Below are positions 1 through 9,123 of a stretch of 51,422 nucleotides of DNA, piece after piece; position 1 is the first letter of the stretch, and each line of letters begins with the position of its first letter. The notes under the pieces are model-generated. The model made no database searches. It saw only the letters and a program-made list of their open reading frames with translations, and was not told the DNA's origin. The position numbers and the translations under genes are program-made. Source of the stretch: an uncultured bacterium. GTDB lineage: Bacteria; SAR324; NAC60-12. The DNA lies in contig CBFIJD010000020.1 of NCBI GenBank assembly GCA_965662845.1, positions 1 through 51,422 of the forward strand. Direction: 5' to 3'.

Positions 1-905
1 GCTAATCGCTGCGGCCAATCAATCACAAACAAAGGAGCAGCCCGACCCAACACACTTTCAAATCGATCCCACATTCGAGAGAAGATCACCTCAAAATCAC
101 GCTCCTGCTCTAGCCGTTCTTGCTGCAAAAACGCTCCCTGCCCTGCCGCTCGCAGCTTTTCTCTCAAGCGCACGCTGTTCTCTTCAGGTTCTAGTTGAAC
201 CCTCCAGTGTTCCTCGATCAGTTCACTCACCCTGCGCACCGGCCACTCTTGAGCGCAAACCGCGTGAACCTCGGGCGAGACCCACTCTTCTGGAATAGAG
301 GCCAGCATCGCACGAACATCTTCTATCAATTTCGAAAAAGGCTCATCTACGCGATACCACTCCAGCATCGTAAACTCAGGATTGTGCAACCGCCCGCGCT
401 CGCTCCCTCTGAAACAAGGACCGATCTGATAGATCTTCTCAAACCCACCAACCAGCATCCGCTTCATTTGAAATTCGGGAGAGGTAATCAAATACCCGTC
501 CCCAGCAGCAATCGGGTCAAATTGAACTTCGGGACTCGGAGCCCGCACTCGTACGGGCGTCGCGACCTCCAAAAAATCTTGTTCGTCAAACCAGCCTCGG
601 ATCGCCTTCACCACGCCGTGTCTTCTGCGGAGCGCTTGCATGCGCGTCCCGCGGCTTGTGCTCTTTCTCCACCGCAACGCATCTCCCCCTGGTTTCAAGG
701 CTGACGGCGTAGATAGCACTTCTCGCTTGCTCACCGAGTCACCGTTCCAATGCAAACGCACGAGACAACCTTCTTGCACGGCTTCAAACTCCTCTAAATG
801 AAGCGAGAACCACCGGTCTTGCCAAAGATAGTATTGGTTGCGAGAAGACACATCCGTCCCCATCGCTCGCGCCACCATGACCGGTGGAAACACAAGTTTC
901 GGCAT
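1..905 (-). CDS. epmA: EF-P beta-lysyl ligase EpmA (PoxA/GenX), 3' end runs off the window
   Basis: Manual translation of the minus strand (not in ORF track): ...FLEVATP...YLITSPEFQMKRMLVGGFEKIYQIGPCFRGSERGRLHNPEFTMLEWYR...LGRAAPLFVIDWP, the LysRS-like EpmA signature. The frame is open from ATG 905 (alternative ATG 641) to base 1. efp lies upstream on the same strand. Confidence 0.92.
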   Translation of the reverse strand, partial: MPKLVFPPVMVARAMGTDVSSRNQYYLWQDRWFSLHLEEFEAVQEGCLVRLHWNGDSVSKREVLSTPSALKPGGDALRWRKSTSRGTRMQALRRRHGVVKAIRGWFDEQDFLEVATPVRVRAPSPEVQFDPIAAGDGYLITSPEFQMKRMLVGGFEKIYQIGPCFRGSERGRLHNPEFTMLEWYRVDEPFSKLIEDVRAMLASIPEEWVSPEVHAVCAQEWPVRRVSELIEEHWRVQLEPEENSVRLREKLRAAGQGAFLQQERLEQERDFEVIFSRMWDRFESVLGRAAPLFVIDWPQRL

Positions 906-942
906 GCAACTACCAGATTAGAAGGGAAAGAGAAGAGGAGGA

Positions 943-965
943 AGACTCGCTTTGTAGACGAGTCT
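943..965 (-). terminator. Possible weak terminator/stem-loop between the cyclase-like gene and epmA
   Basis: AGACTCG-N9-CGAGTCT inverted repeat, followed on the minus strand by a pyrimidine tract (TCCTCCTCTTCTCTTTCCC) rather than a clean U-run. Confidence 0.3.
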
Positions 966-976
966 CAAAGGAGGAT

Positions 977-3900
977 TTATTCGTGCTGCTGAAACTCTTC
1001 GATGGCTTCCTTACCCAAAGCGTCGAAGTCTTTTACCATCGGGAAGTGAGCGTCTTCGGCAGGGGCTTGCCAAATGTGCTCAGGTCGCCACAGTTTCTCA
1101 GCAATCCCATTCAGATACACGCGCTGATACTTGGGAGTCACCGAGAGATTTAGCCCCCCAGGATTGACCCAAATTTTGAACCGCGGGCAGTGCTGTGTAG
1201 ACATTGGAACATTGAGCTTTCGGATCGTCTCCCAATATTTCAACCGCGCAGGCAAACTGTTGAACCGCTGAAAGAAGGAGTGCATCATCTGATTCTTGCT
1301 GCTGCTCAAACCAGGATCTTTCTCAATCGCCGGCGTTTTGTTCAGATCGAAGGTGACCACAAACTGCTCATCAAAGTTGGTGCGCACAATCACAGAACAC
1401 ATCATGTAGCGGTCTACATTACACACCAGCATGATGTCGCTGATGTAATAGATATTCTCCAACAGTTCGCGGGAGCGCACTCGAATCGATTTGAAGAAGT
1501 CTTTGATGTCCCCGGCTAAGCGTTGCAGGTCATCCGCTGTAACCGTGTTTGTCGCAACCAAGCTCCGAGACTGGACCGCGTTCTTTTGAAAAGACGTCAT
1601 CATCCGCGCATCAAATCCAATATACTTACTGAACACACAGCGGGCCACGCCTTCAGTTAGCGGCGCTTGGAACATCTCAAGCTGATTTCCTCCCTTCGAG
1701 CCTCCGCTGCTCTTCGTGATCATGGATTTGAACTTCCACTGTTCCTTTTTCGGTTCAAACTCCAGCAAAATGGCGCTGCGGGGAACACAAAGGGACTTGG
1801 AAATGGGCAACGGCACTTGAAACGGACGACGGTTGAAGTTTCGCTCGAAGTGGAACTTGAAGATCACGTTCTCCAGCGGATCGCCTGCAAGCTGCACGCG
1901 CGACTGGAACACAATCTTCTCAATCAACATCGGATTCAGCTTCGCATCGTGTTTCTCGGCATAGTGCTTCGCGAGCATTTCTGCCAATTCGTTCACTTTG
2001 CGTCGGTCATCTTGAATCTGAGCGACCTGTCGGGCCTCCACCACATTCAAGTCTGCGCCGCCTTCTGCTTTTTTCATCACCCCCATATCCACAATCAGCA
2101 TGCGATCCATCAACTGATCGAGGGGTTCTGTGAGCACCGCTGCGAGACGCGTTTTTTCGTCTGAGTTTTTGGTCACCTGCGCCACATACTGACTCAACTT
2201 GTGCAGCGTTTGTTTGTTACCGATGCTGATCAGTGTGCGCTCAACGGTCTTCATGCTGTTCAAAAACAAGCGTTTGAGCTGCTGCTCTTTCTCTTGAGCG
2301 ACGTCGTCGCGGCCCTGCGCGAACTTCATCAGATTAATTTTGTCCTCTGATGACACGAAGAATTTCGTGTAGAAGCGATGGACTGCTTTGAAGCGCCAAG
2401 TCGACTTTTTGTCCAGATAGATCGCTTCGCCGTTGTTGTCGAAGTCAATCACGTCGGCTACGCGCACGTGCTGCGCGAAACAGAACAGCATTTCTTTCTG
2501 CACTTCGGGGTCTTCGAAGCGCATGAGCATTTCTGTGAACTTGGTCCACCACGGGTCGCGGACCAATTGTGGGAATTCTTCTTCCATCGATTTGATCGCG
2601 TCGACATAGTCGCCCGTCATTTCTTTGGCGATGAACGCGCGATCGTTCGGGAAGATGAGGAGTTTGGTGAGGCTGGTCAACTCTGCGGAGTTCTCTGTGC
2701 AGCAGAGCATCTCAATCCACCACGTATTCAACAAGGCTTTAGGCAGGTTGCGGTGGCTGACTTTCTCACTTTCGCGCAAGAAGATGGGGATCACATACTC
2801 CAGGAAGGTGTCGCGCGATGGCGCATATCCCCCCCAATTGGGTAAGTCTCGCAGTCGAAAGGTTTCTTGGTTTGCCGACGCATTGCGAGGATCGTCGTCC
2901 TCCGCCGTTTCTTTGGTCTGCGTCAGGTTCCACTCTTTGAAAACCCCAATATTGCAAAGAATGCGCACCTCGTCGGGCAGGGAGAACGGCATTGGAGAGA
3001 GCCCACACAACAGCGTCGCCGGATTTAGCAACAAATCGTTGAGCATGTTTGCGTACGCCATGCTCCCTTCGGGTGACACCAGAAACGGCGTATGCGATCC
3101 GGCGCGCTGTTTCCTAAGAATATTGACAAAGTAGTGGGCTTCTTGCGCGGGATATTTCTCGAGCATGTATTCTTCAGCAATCAGAATTTTACGATGCGTG
3201 CCCGGTTCGTATTCGGCCTCGTTTTCAATTGCTTCTTGTTCCACCCGCCGGCTCACCAAATCCGTCATGCGCTTGTGATAGTGCCTCAGCGCCTGTTGCT
3301 CCAGCTGCTCTAGTTGAATCAGCCCCTGCATTTCTTCGGTAGGCCCAATTGCGTCCATCAAGTCCATGTAAAAATCGCCGATGGTCTGCGAGACCTCCCA
3401 GCGATAGCTCTCCGCGACATGGTCTAGGAACTGCTTCAGAATGTGCGCTTTCTTCGCATTCTTTTGGAGGTGTTTCAGGAGCAGCGCGCGCTGCTGACTC
3501 GCGGGAACTTTCGCGGGGTCAACGCCCGCAGCCTGAGCGGGTTTTTCGAGCATCTTCATGAAGACACGCTGGCCGAGGACTTTGTCGCGGTAAAAGTTCA
3601 ACAAACGGACGGTCGCCGCTTTCTCGTCCAAGTTTGGCACAGCGTTCGGGAAGCAGCTTGCTTGTACTTTGCGTGGCGGGAGCTTGCGCATGAAAGGGAA
3701 GACATGCAGCAGCGCTTCGCTAAACATTTCCGCTTCTGGGAGTTTGCGCAACACTACCGGAATTTGGCTCCAGAACACTTGGACCTGCTTCCCCATGTCC
3801 ATTTTCTTGATCATCTCCGAGCTGAGTTTCCTCACCTTCAATTTGTAAGAGCTTGGAAAGATCATCGAGACGATCTTCTTCTCTTCCTCGCTGAGATGGT

Positions 3901-4813
3901 CGCCACACTCTTCCAGTAAATCGCGAGCGGCCTCTTCTTCAAATGCAGCCCGTTTTTCGGCAGGGAAGGATTGCAGAAAGCGCTCATAGGCTTGATCGAT
4001 AATGCTGTAGAGCACCGCGATGAAAAAATCCGCGTCGTTCCAGTTATGCTCATAGCGTGGTTCGGTCCCAAAAATCACCTGCGCGTCGACGTCAGAGTCG
4101 GGCTTGTGACCGATCCCGCCCAGACTGCCAATCGTGCTCAGTGTCTGAACCATCGGCTTATCGTTTTTGCCAAAGGGCTCGATGATGTCGGGGAATTGCT
4201 CGTTGAGGTGGGCCATCCAGTTCCCTTCGCCCTCAGCCTTACTGACTTCAGGGAGAAAGCGATCGATCCCGGAGATGCCATAGAGCGCCTTATCGGGAAA
4301 GACGTGATATTTGTCGCGAATCACCTTGGGTTTTCCAGTTTCCTCGTCAAACCCTTTTTTGTAGACAATTTCGAGGTTGGGATGGTCGGCGGGGTTCACG
4401 TCAAAGAGGAAGATGCTCTCATACACCACCTGTCGCATACCTTCGTCAGCAATTTCAATCAGGCTCTCCATCCGAGCGCGATTGAGCTTGCCCATCTGGT
4501 CAAACTCGCGCTGCGACTGTTCTTTCCACTCCTCCACTTTTTCTTCAGGAAAAGTAGCGCGCAAGGCGTCAAGAAGTTGGGTGCCTTGCAGGTTTCTGAG
4601 GACGCCAAGCAACCGTTTTTCGGTCTCCTCATTCCACGGGTTGCAGGGCAACTGCCGATAGAGATGCACTAACTTTTTTTGCTGTTCCTGCATCTGTTCG
4701 GAGATGGCTCCCTCTGATTTTTTGGCGTCTTTTTTGGGTTTAGACGCTTCATCAGAAGCTCCTTCTTCTTTGCCAAGAAGGATGTCTCTGAACTTGAGCA
4801 TGCTGCTTTTCAT
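977..4813 (-). CDS. Divergent class I adenylate cyclase-like nucleotidyltransferase (1278 aa)
   Basis: Collinear blocks resembling enterobacterial CyaA: KLNRARMESL..QVVYESIFLFDVNP; STIGSLGGIGHKPDSDVDAQV (GS..DxD pol-beta NTase motif); EAHYFV..GSMAY..LLCG; WGG..NLPKALL; DPWW. Confidence 0.75.
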   Translation of the reverse strand: MKSSMLKFRDILLGKEEGASDEASKPKKDAKKSEGAISEQMQEQQKKLVHLYRQLPCNPWNEETEKRLLGVLRNLQGTQLLDALRATFPEEKVEEWKEQSQREFDQMGKLNRARMESLIEIADEGMRQVVYESIFLFDVNPADHPNLEIVYKKGFDEETGKPKVIRDKYHVFPDKALYGISGIDRFLPEVSKAEGEGNWMAHLNEQFPDIIEPFGKNDKPMVQTLSTIGSLGGIGHKPDSDVDAQVIFGTEPRYEHNWNDADFFIAVLYSIIDQAYERFLQSFPAEKRAAFEEEAARDLLEECGDHLSEEEKKIVSMIFPSSYKLKVRKLSSEMIKKMDMGKQVQVFWSQIPVVLRKLPEAEMFSEALLHVFPFMRKLPPRKVQASCFPNAVPNLDEKAATVRLLNFYRDKVLGQRVFMKMLEKPAQAAGVDPAKVPASQQRALLLKHLQKNAKKAHILKQFLDHVAESYRWEVSQTIGDFYMDLMDAIGPTEEMQGLIQLEQLEQQALRHYHKRMTDLVSRRVEQEAIENEAEYEPGTHRKILIAEEYMLEKYPAQEAHYFVNILRKQRAGSHTPFLVSPEGSMAYANMLNDLLLNPATLLCGLSPMPFSLPDEVRILCNIGVFKEWNLTQTKETAEDDDPRNASANQETFRLRDLPNWGGYAPSRDTFLEYVIPIFLRESEKVSHRNLPKALLNTWWIEMLCCTENSAELTSLTKLLIFPNDRAFIAKEMTGDYVDAIKSMEEEFPQLVRDPWWTKFTEMLMRFEDPEVQKEMLFCFAQHVRVADVIDFDNNGEAIYLDKKSTWRFKAVHRFYTKFFVSSEDKINLMKFAQGRDDVAQEKEQQLKRLFLNSMKTVERTLISIGNKQTLHKLSQYVAQVTKNSDEKTRLAAVLTEPLDQLMDRMLIVDMGVMKKAEGGADLNVVEARQVAQIQDDRRKVNELAEMLAKHYAEKHDAKLNPMLIEKIVFQSRVQLAGDPLENVIFKFHFERNFNRRPFQVPLPISKSLCVPRSAILLEFEPKKEQWKFKSMITKSSGGSKGGNQLEMFQAPLTEGVARCVFSKYIGFDARMMTSFQKNAVQSRSLVATNTVTADDLQRLAGDIKDFFKSIRVRSRELLENIYYISDIMLVCNVDRYMMCSVIVRTNFDEQFVVTFDLNKTPAIEKDPGLSSSKNQMMHSFFQRFNSLPARLKYWETIRKLNVPMSTQHCPRFKIWVNPGGLNLSVTPKYQRVYLNGIAEKLWRPEHIWQAPAEDAHFPMVKDFDALGKEAIEEFQQHE

Positions 4814-4826
4814 TGAGCTGCCTTAT

Positions 4827-5396
4827 CTAGCTTTTCACCCGCTCCACATATTCGCCGGTGCGGGTATCGATTTTCAACATCTCGCCTTCCGACACAAACA
4901 TCGGCGCGTTAACAGTATATCCAGTCGACATCACTACGGGCTTTGAAGCGCCCGTTACCGTGTTGCCTTTCTCTCCAGGAGGAGCCTCGACGACCTGCAA
5001 GACCACAAAGTTTGGCAGCGAGATTCCAATGGGGCGGTCTCGAAAAAAGGCGACGGCCACTTCCATATTGTCAATCATGTAGTGCACAGCGTCGCCAACC
5101 GTCTCCGCATCCAAAGAGACCTGCTCGTAATCGCTGTTGTCCATGAAGTGAAACCGACCATCCGCTTCGTCGCGATACAGGAACTGCATGGTTCGCTCCT
5201 GCGTGTCTGCGGGCTTTAGTTTTTCACCGGTTTTGAACGTTCGGTCGAGAACCGAGCCACTAATCATATTCCGAACTCGGGTTCGGGTGAATGCATTTCC
5301 TTTGCCCGGCTTCACAAACTGGAACTCGATGATGGCATATGGTTCGTTGTCAAGTTCAATTCTTAGTCCCTTCCGAATATCTGACGTTTCGTACAC
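4827..5396 (-). CDS. efp: Translation elongation factor P
   Basis: FQFVKPGKGNAF loop (Lys34 type), C-terminal KIDTRTGEYVER, GTG start with GAGGAAGA RBS. Confidence 0.98.
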   Translation of the reverse strand: MYETSDIRKGLRIELDNEPYAIIEFQFVKPGKGNAFTRTRVRNMISGSVLDRTFKTGEKLKPADTQERTMQFLYRDEADGRFHFMDNSDYEQVSLDAETVGDAVHYMIDNMEVAVAFFRDRPIGISLPNFVVLQVVEAPPGEKGNTVTGASKPVVMSTGYTVNAPMFVSEGEMLKIDTRTGEYVERVKS

Positions 5397-5652
5397 TCTT
5401 CCTCATATTCTTGTAAAGTCACTGCAAAGATATTTCGCGGCTGCGAATGAAGCCTGCCTTGTCAGCTCACAAGGCACGCAAAGAGGGCTTGTTTAGCGAA
5501 ACTTGCGCCCAGATTGCAAATTTTTTCGCAACTTGCGTCTCTTTCTATGGCAAATGCCTTGTTTCCTGCCTGAAACCTTTTTATGGTCACCGACTTTTGT
5601 CGCCCCTCTTTCTCTGCATTTTTTCGTTCGCTTTTTCTTTGTGAGGCCCCAC

Positions 5653-8418
5653 ATGAGCGCAATTTCTTTGAATCCCGAGAGTCTTTGGCAACAACAATTC
5701 CGCTTTGACGACGTAAAATGTCTCATTGTTTGCCGTGGCCCGATCCGCCTTGAAGCAATGGGAATTTTCCAAGAACTCGGCGCGACGTATGGCATTTTGC
5801 TCTCCGAGAAAGACAGCATCATCTACCCTCAGACGCTGGCTCCCGAGCTTCGCTTTTTGCCTGACCGCCACGCTCAGGTGCATCACATTTCCGATTACAC
5901 GGGCACCACCAAAGAAGAACGGCAGCGCTGCATCGACCAGATTTTACACATTTGCCACACTCACCACTACACGCATCTCTTTGCCGGCTATGGGTTCATG
6001 GCTGAAGACGCGGACTTCATTGCTCAAGTTGAGCGCGCAGGCATCTGCTTTGTCGGGCCCAGCTCTCGAGTCATTCGGCAGGCTGGGTCAAAAGATGAAG
6101 CCAAACGGCTAGCGCGTCGCCTCAGCGTCTCCGTTACTCCCGGAGAAGACCGGATCACTGCCCGCACACTGTTGCGCCAGGCGGGCACGCAGAGCCCACA
6201 AGCGTTCTTAGAGGCGCTCATCTCCACCCATCAACTCGAGGTTCCGGCAGATTGGTCGCAACAAGAGGACGCCCTAGAGATGGCCGAAACGGTCTTGCAA
6301 GCATCTTATGCGAAACACATCGATCTCTTCAGCATCGCCGAGCTGCAACAGGAAACGGAGCGTTGTTGCGCCGAGCTGTGGTCTGAGAACCCTGGACGCC
6401 GCATTCGCTTCAAGCACATCAGCGGTGGCGGCGGCAAAGGCCAGCGGGTGGTGCAACAACCGGAAGAGGTCGCTGAGGCAGTCAAAGCCGTTTTGCTCGA
6501 AGCCCGAGCGAATGGAGTCGGAGACAACAAGACCTTCCTCATCGAAATGAACATTGAAAACACTCGGCACAACGAAGTGCAGCTCGTTGGGAACGGTCAA
6601 TGGTGTGTCGAACTGGGCGGACGAGACTGTTCTCTCCAAATGCACGAGCAAAAACTAGTCGAGCTCTCTCTCACCGAAGAGCTGCTAGAGGGCGCCATTG
6701 CAGAGTACGAAGCGGCCGGACGTCCCCAGACCGCTGCAGTCCTCCGCTCCGATCTGCAAGTGCTAAAAAATATGTGTAAGCAGGCCGAAGACTTTGGCAC
6801 CGCGCTGCGTCTCAACAACGTCTCGACCTTTGAGTGTATCATCGAGGATGACCGTCACTTCTTCATGGAAGTCAACACCCGCATTCAGGTGGAGCACCGC
6901 GTCACCGAGATGGCCTATCGCCTCGAGTTTGCGAATCCTGACGACCCCACCGATACGTTCCTCGCAGATTCTCTCGTCGCGGTCATGCTGTTGATTGCCT
7001 GCCATGGTGACCGGCTGCCTCGTCCTCAGCGGCGGCTGCGTCACCGTTCTGGCATGGAAGTGCGCATCAACGCGACCAATGCGGCGCTTCAGCCGCACGC
7101 GGGCGGGGTTCTGCGGGCTTGGTCTCCACCCATCGAGGACGAACTTCGTGACGACCAAGGCATCGGACTCCGCAACCCCGACACGGGCTTGTTCCAGCCG
7201 TATCATCTCGCGGGAGCCTACGACTCCAACGTGGCTCTCTCGGTGACCTATGCTGATTCCCGATACGCCAATCTGGAAAAAATGGCGCAAGTCCTCCGCG
7301 AGATGGAAGTTCGAGGCGCCGACCTTCAGCTCAACACCTCGTTTCATTACGGGCTGCTATATTGGATGATGGGTGTGGACGCGATGGTCAAACCCAACAC
7401 CCGTTTTGTACAGTCCTACCTCGCCCTGTGTGGCAAACTCCGACGTAGCGCCCAAGACGTAGACATTGAATACGCCTGGCAAGCGCAAATGCCCGCAACA
7501 GCGCTGGGAACGGCAGCGCGCCAAGCCTATGAGCAAAAACAAACCCTCTTACTGCGCCCGCTACGCAAGCTGATGGAGCAGCCTCACCTACTCGCCGGCT
7601 GGCTCGCGCGCCGTCCCCAACAGCGTTGGGAAATCGTTGAGAATAGTCGGCTCATCTGGCGGCAAAATCCGGTCATCGTCTTGCGAGAACTCTATCGCTT
7701 CTTGCACTGGGAGAAACGCCCAGGCTTGCCGCCGAGTGAGATTATTTGGGAAGACGATCACCAGCTGCTCGATCGCGCGCTCAACTTCTATACCGAGTTG
7801 GAGAGCCGGCTTGGTGAGTCAGACTGGCCAGCCCTCGACGCGAAAGTACAAGGCGCATGTCCGGCTGGTTTTGAGGCCGAGCTTTGGTCACAAATTCAGG
7901 CGGCTCACCGCGGTTTTCAAATCGGGGTTGCCGATTTGCTGCGCTTGCCCATTGCGCTAGGAGTCGAGAGTGGCTACTTCGCGTTCACGTGCGATGAACA
8001 ACTGAACCCCCAGTTCCCTGAAGAGTTTGCTGATGCGGCCAACATCAAAGAGTATACCCAGGTGCTGGCGCCGCCGCCGATGGCGACGAGTGACCAAGTG
8101 CTGAGTTGGACAGGAGGCACCTTTTACGCCAAGGAGACTCCGACCTCTCCGCCTTACGTGGAAGTTGGGCAGCATGTTGACACGGGCGACGTGCTGGGCC
8201 TACTGGAGGTCATGAAGATGTTCAATCCGATCCGCGCTGAATTTCCAGGGATCGTGCGACAAGTAGCGATTGATGGCGCCAGTGGTCAAATTGTCTCGCG
8301 TGGACAGCTGCTATTTGTGATTGAGCCAGACGTTCCTCCCAAAACAGAGACCGAGGCAGAAATCACCCAACGTCAACGAATGAACACACAGCGCTTACTA
8401 GCATGGAGCATCGCCTAA
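5653..8418 (+). CDS. Biotin carboxylase / biotinyl-domain fusion (acyl-CoA carboxylase alpha-type subunit)
   Basis: AGYGFMAED, GGGGKGQR, RHNEVQ, RDCSLQMHEQKLVE, FMEVNTRIQVEHRVTE, and C-terminal EVMKM biotinylation motif. ATG 5653 is preferred over the track start at 5503. Confidence 0.9.
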   Translation: MSAISLNPESLWQQQFRFDDVKCLIVCRGPIRLEAMGIFQELGATYGILLSEKDSIIYPQTLAPELRFLPDRHAQVHHISDYTGTTKEERQRCIDQILHICHTHHYTHLFAGYGFMAEDADFIAQVERAGICFVGPSSRVIRQAGSKDEAKRLARRLSVSVTPGEDRITARTLLRQAGTQSPQAFLEALISTHQLEVPADWSQQEDALEMAETVLQASYAKHIDLFSIAELQQETERCCAELWSENPGRRIRFKHISGGGGKGQRVVQQPEEVAEAVKAVLLEARANGVGDNKTFLIEMNIENTRHNEVQLVGNGQWCVELGGRDCSLQMHEQKLVELSLTEELLEGAIAEYEAAGRPQTAAVLRSDLQVLKNMCKQAEDFGTALRLNNVSTFECIIEDDRHFFMEVNTRIQVEHRVTEMAYRLEFANPDDPTDTFLADSLVAVMLLIACHGDRLPRPQRRLRHRSGMEVRINATNAALQPHAGGVLRAWSPPIEDELRDDQGIGLRNPDTGLFQPYHLAGAYDSNVALSVTYADSRYANLEKMAQVLREMEVRGADLQLNTSFHYGLLYWMMGVDAMVKPNTRFVQSYLALCGKLRRSAQDVDIEYAWQAQMPATALGTAARQAYEQKQTLLLRPLRKLMEQPHLLAGWLARRPQQRWEIVENSRLIWRQNPVIVLRELYRFLHWEKRPGLPPSEIIWEDDHQLLDRALNFYTELESRLGESDWPALDAKVQGACPAGFEAELWSQIQAAHRGFQIGVADLLRLPIALGVESGYFAFTCDEQLNPQFPEEFADAANIKEYTQVLAPPPMATSDQVLSWTGGTFYAKETPTSPPYVEVGQHVDTGDVLGLLEVMKMFNPIRAEFPGIVRQVAIDGASGQIVSRGQLLFVIEPDVPPKTETEAEITQRQRMNTQRLLAWSIA

Positions 8419-8735
8419 AAACTCAGGGGTTCACCCTGCTCGAGACGATGTTCGCCAGCGTTTTGTTCATGGTCTCGCTGTGGGGTATTTCTCAGTTTGT
8501 AGAATCATCGGCCCGTCAGCTCTCTGTTCAACGCCAGCAGGCCGAACTTTCTGCCCATCTGGATAATTGGACGGCCTCGTTGTTGCTTTCGTCGGGAGAG
8601 CCTGTCTGGACTTCTGAAGCGGTTCCGAATGCCGCGCTAGCTTGGGACGTTTCACCAACTTCACCCGCCATCATTCGGCTAGAAGCCAAGTCTGCACAGG
8701 AAATTATTCATACGTGGCGCTCGGCGCTGCCCTGA
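8403..8735 (+). CDS. Prepilin-type N-terminal cleavage/methylation protein (PilV/GspI-like)
   Basis: QG^FTLLE followed by a hydrophobic helix (class III signal peptide). Confidence 0.7.
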   Translation: MEHRLKTQGFTLLETMFASVLFMVSLWGISQFVESSARQLSVQRQQAELSAHLDNWTASLLLSSGEPVWTSEAVPNAALAWDVSPTSPAIIRLEAKSAQEIIHTWRSALP

Positions 8736-8883
8736 AGTTGGGCGCCGTCCATTTTTGTCACACACAAAACAGCTCTAGGTAACCCGTCGGACTTGACCCG
8801 TTATCGTGGAGTTTGTTAGCTTTGATCCCTCGCTTCTTCTTCCGCGATGAAGCTCTTACGTGCGCTTACCAGAGGAGCCACTT

Positions 8884-9060
8884 ATGCGAATTGCTATTCT
8901 GGCCGGCATTGGAATCGGTGCGTTTTTGCTCGTGTTTTTGCCCGGCTATTTTCTCGTTGTGCCATCTGGCCCTACCGAACCTGAAGAGATGCAGGAGGTG
9001 TCCCTGCAAGCGGAAGAAGAGCTTCCCCCCGCGCCTGGGCCACCCCCTCCGGTTGAATAG
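8884..9060 (+). CDS. Small single-pass membrane protein with acidic/polyproline tail
   Basis: GAGGAG RBS before ATG 8884, N-terminal TM segment, tail PPAPGPPPPVE. Confidence 0.6.
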   Translation: MRIAILAGIGIGAFLLVFLPGYFLVVPSGPTEPEEMQEVSLQAEEELPPAPGPPPPVE

Positions 9061-9123
9061 CCAGAGCCTGCGCTATCTCGTTGGCCTGTTCGCCAACACA
9101 ACGTCAGTCCTGAGGAGGATGCT

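Noticed and set aside
195..704. 169-aa plus-strand ORF
   Set aside because: Antisense shadow of epmA, which has clear motifs on the minus strand
1190..4672. Series of 100-230-aa plus-strand ORFs
   Set aside because: Antisense shadows of the 1278-aa gene with no independent motifs; the same applies to most short track ORFs overlapping long genes elsewhere
977..4813. CBASS/cGAS-like defence nucleotidyltransferase
   Set aside because: Motif order follows class I adenylate cyclase; no Cap effectors or other defence genes adjacent
5548..5563. Possible sigma54 promoter TGGCAAATGCCTTGTT upstream of the carboxylase
   Set aside because: The -12 dinucleotide is GT rather than the near-invariant GC
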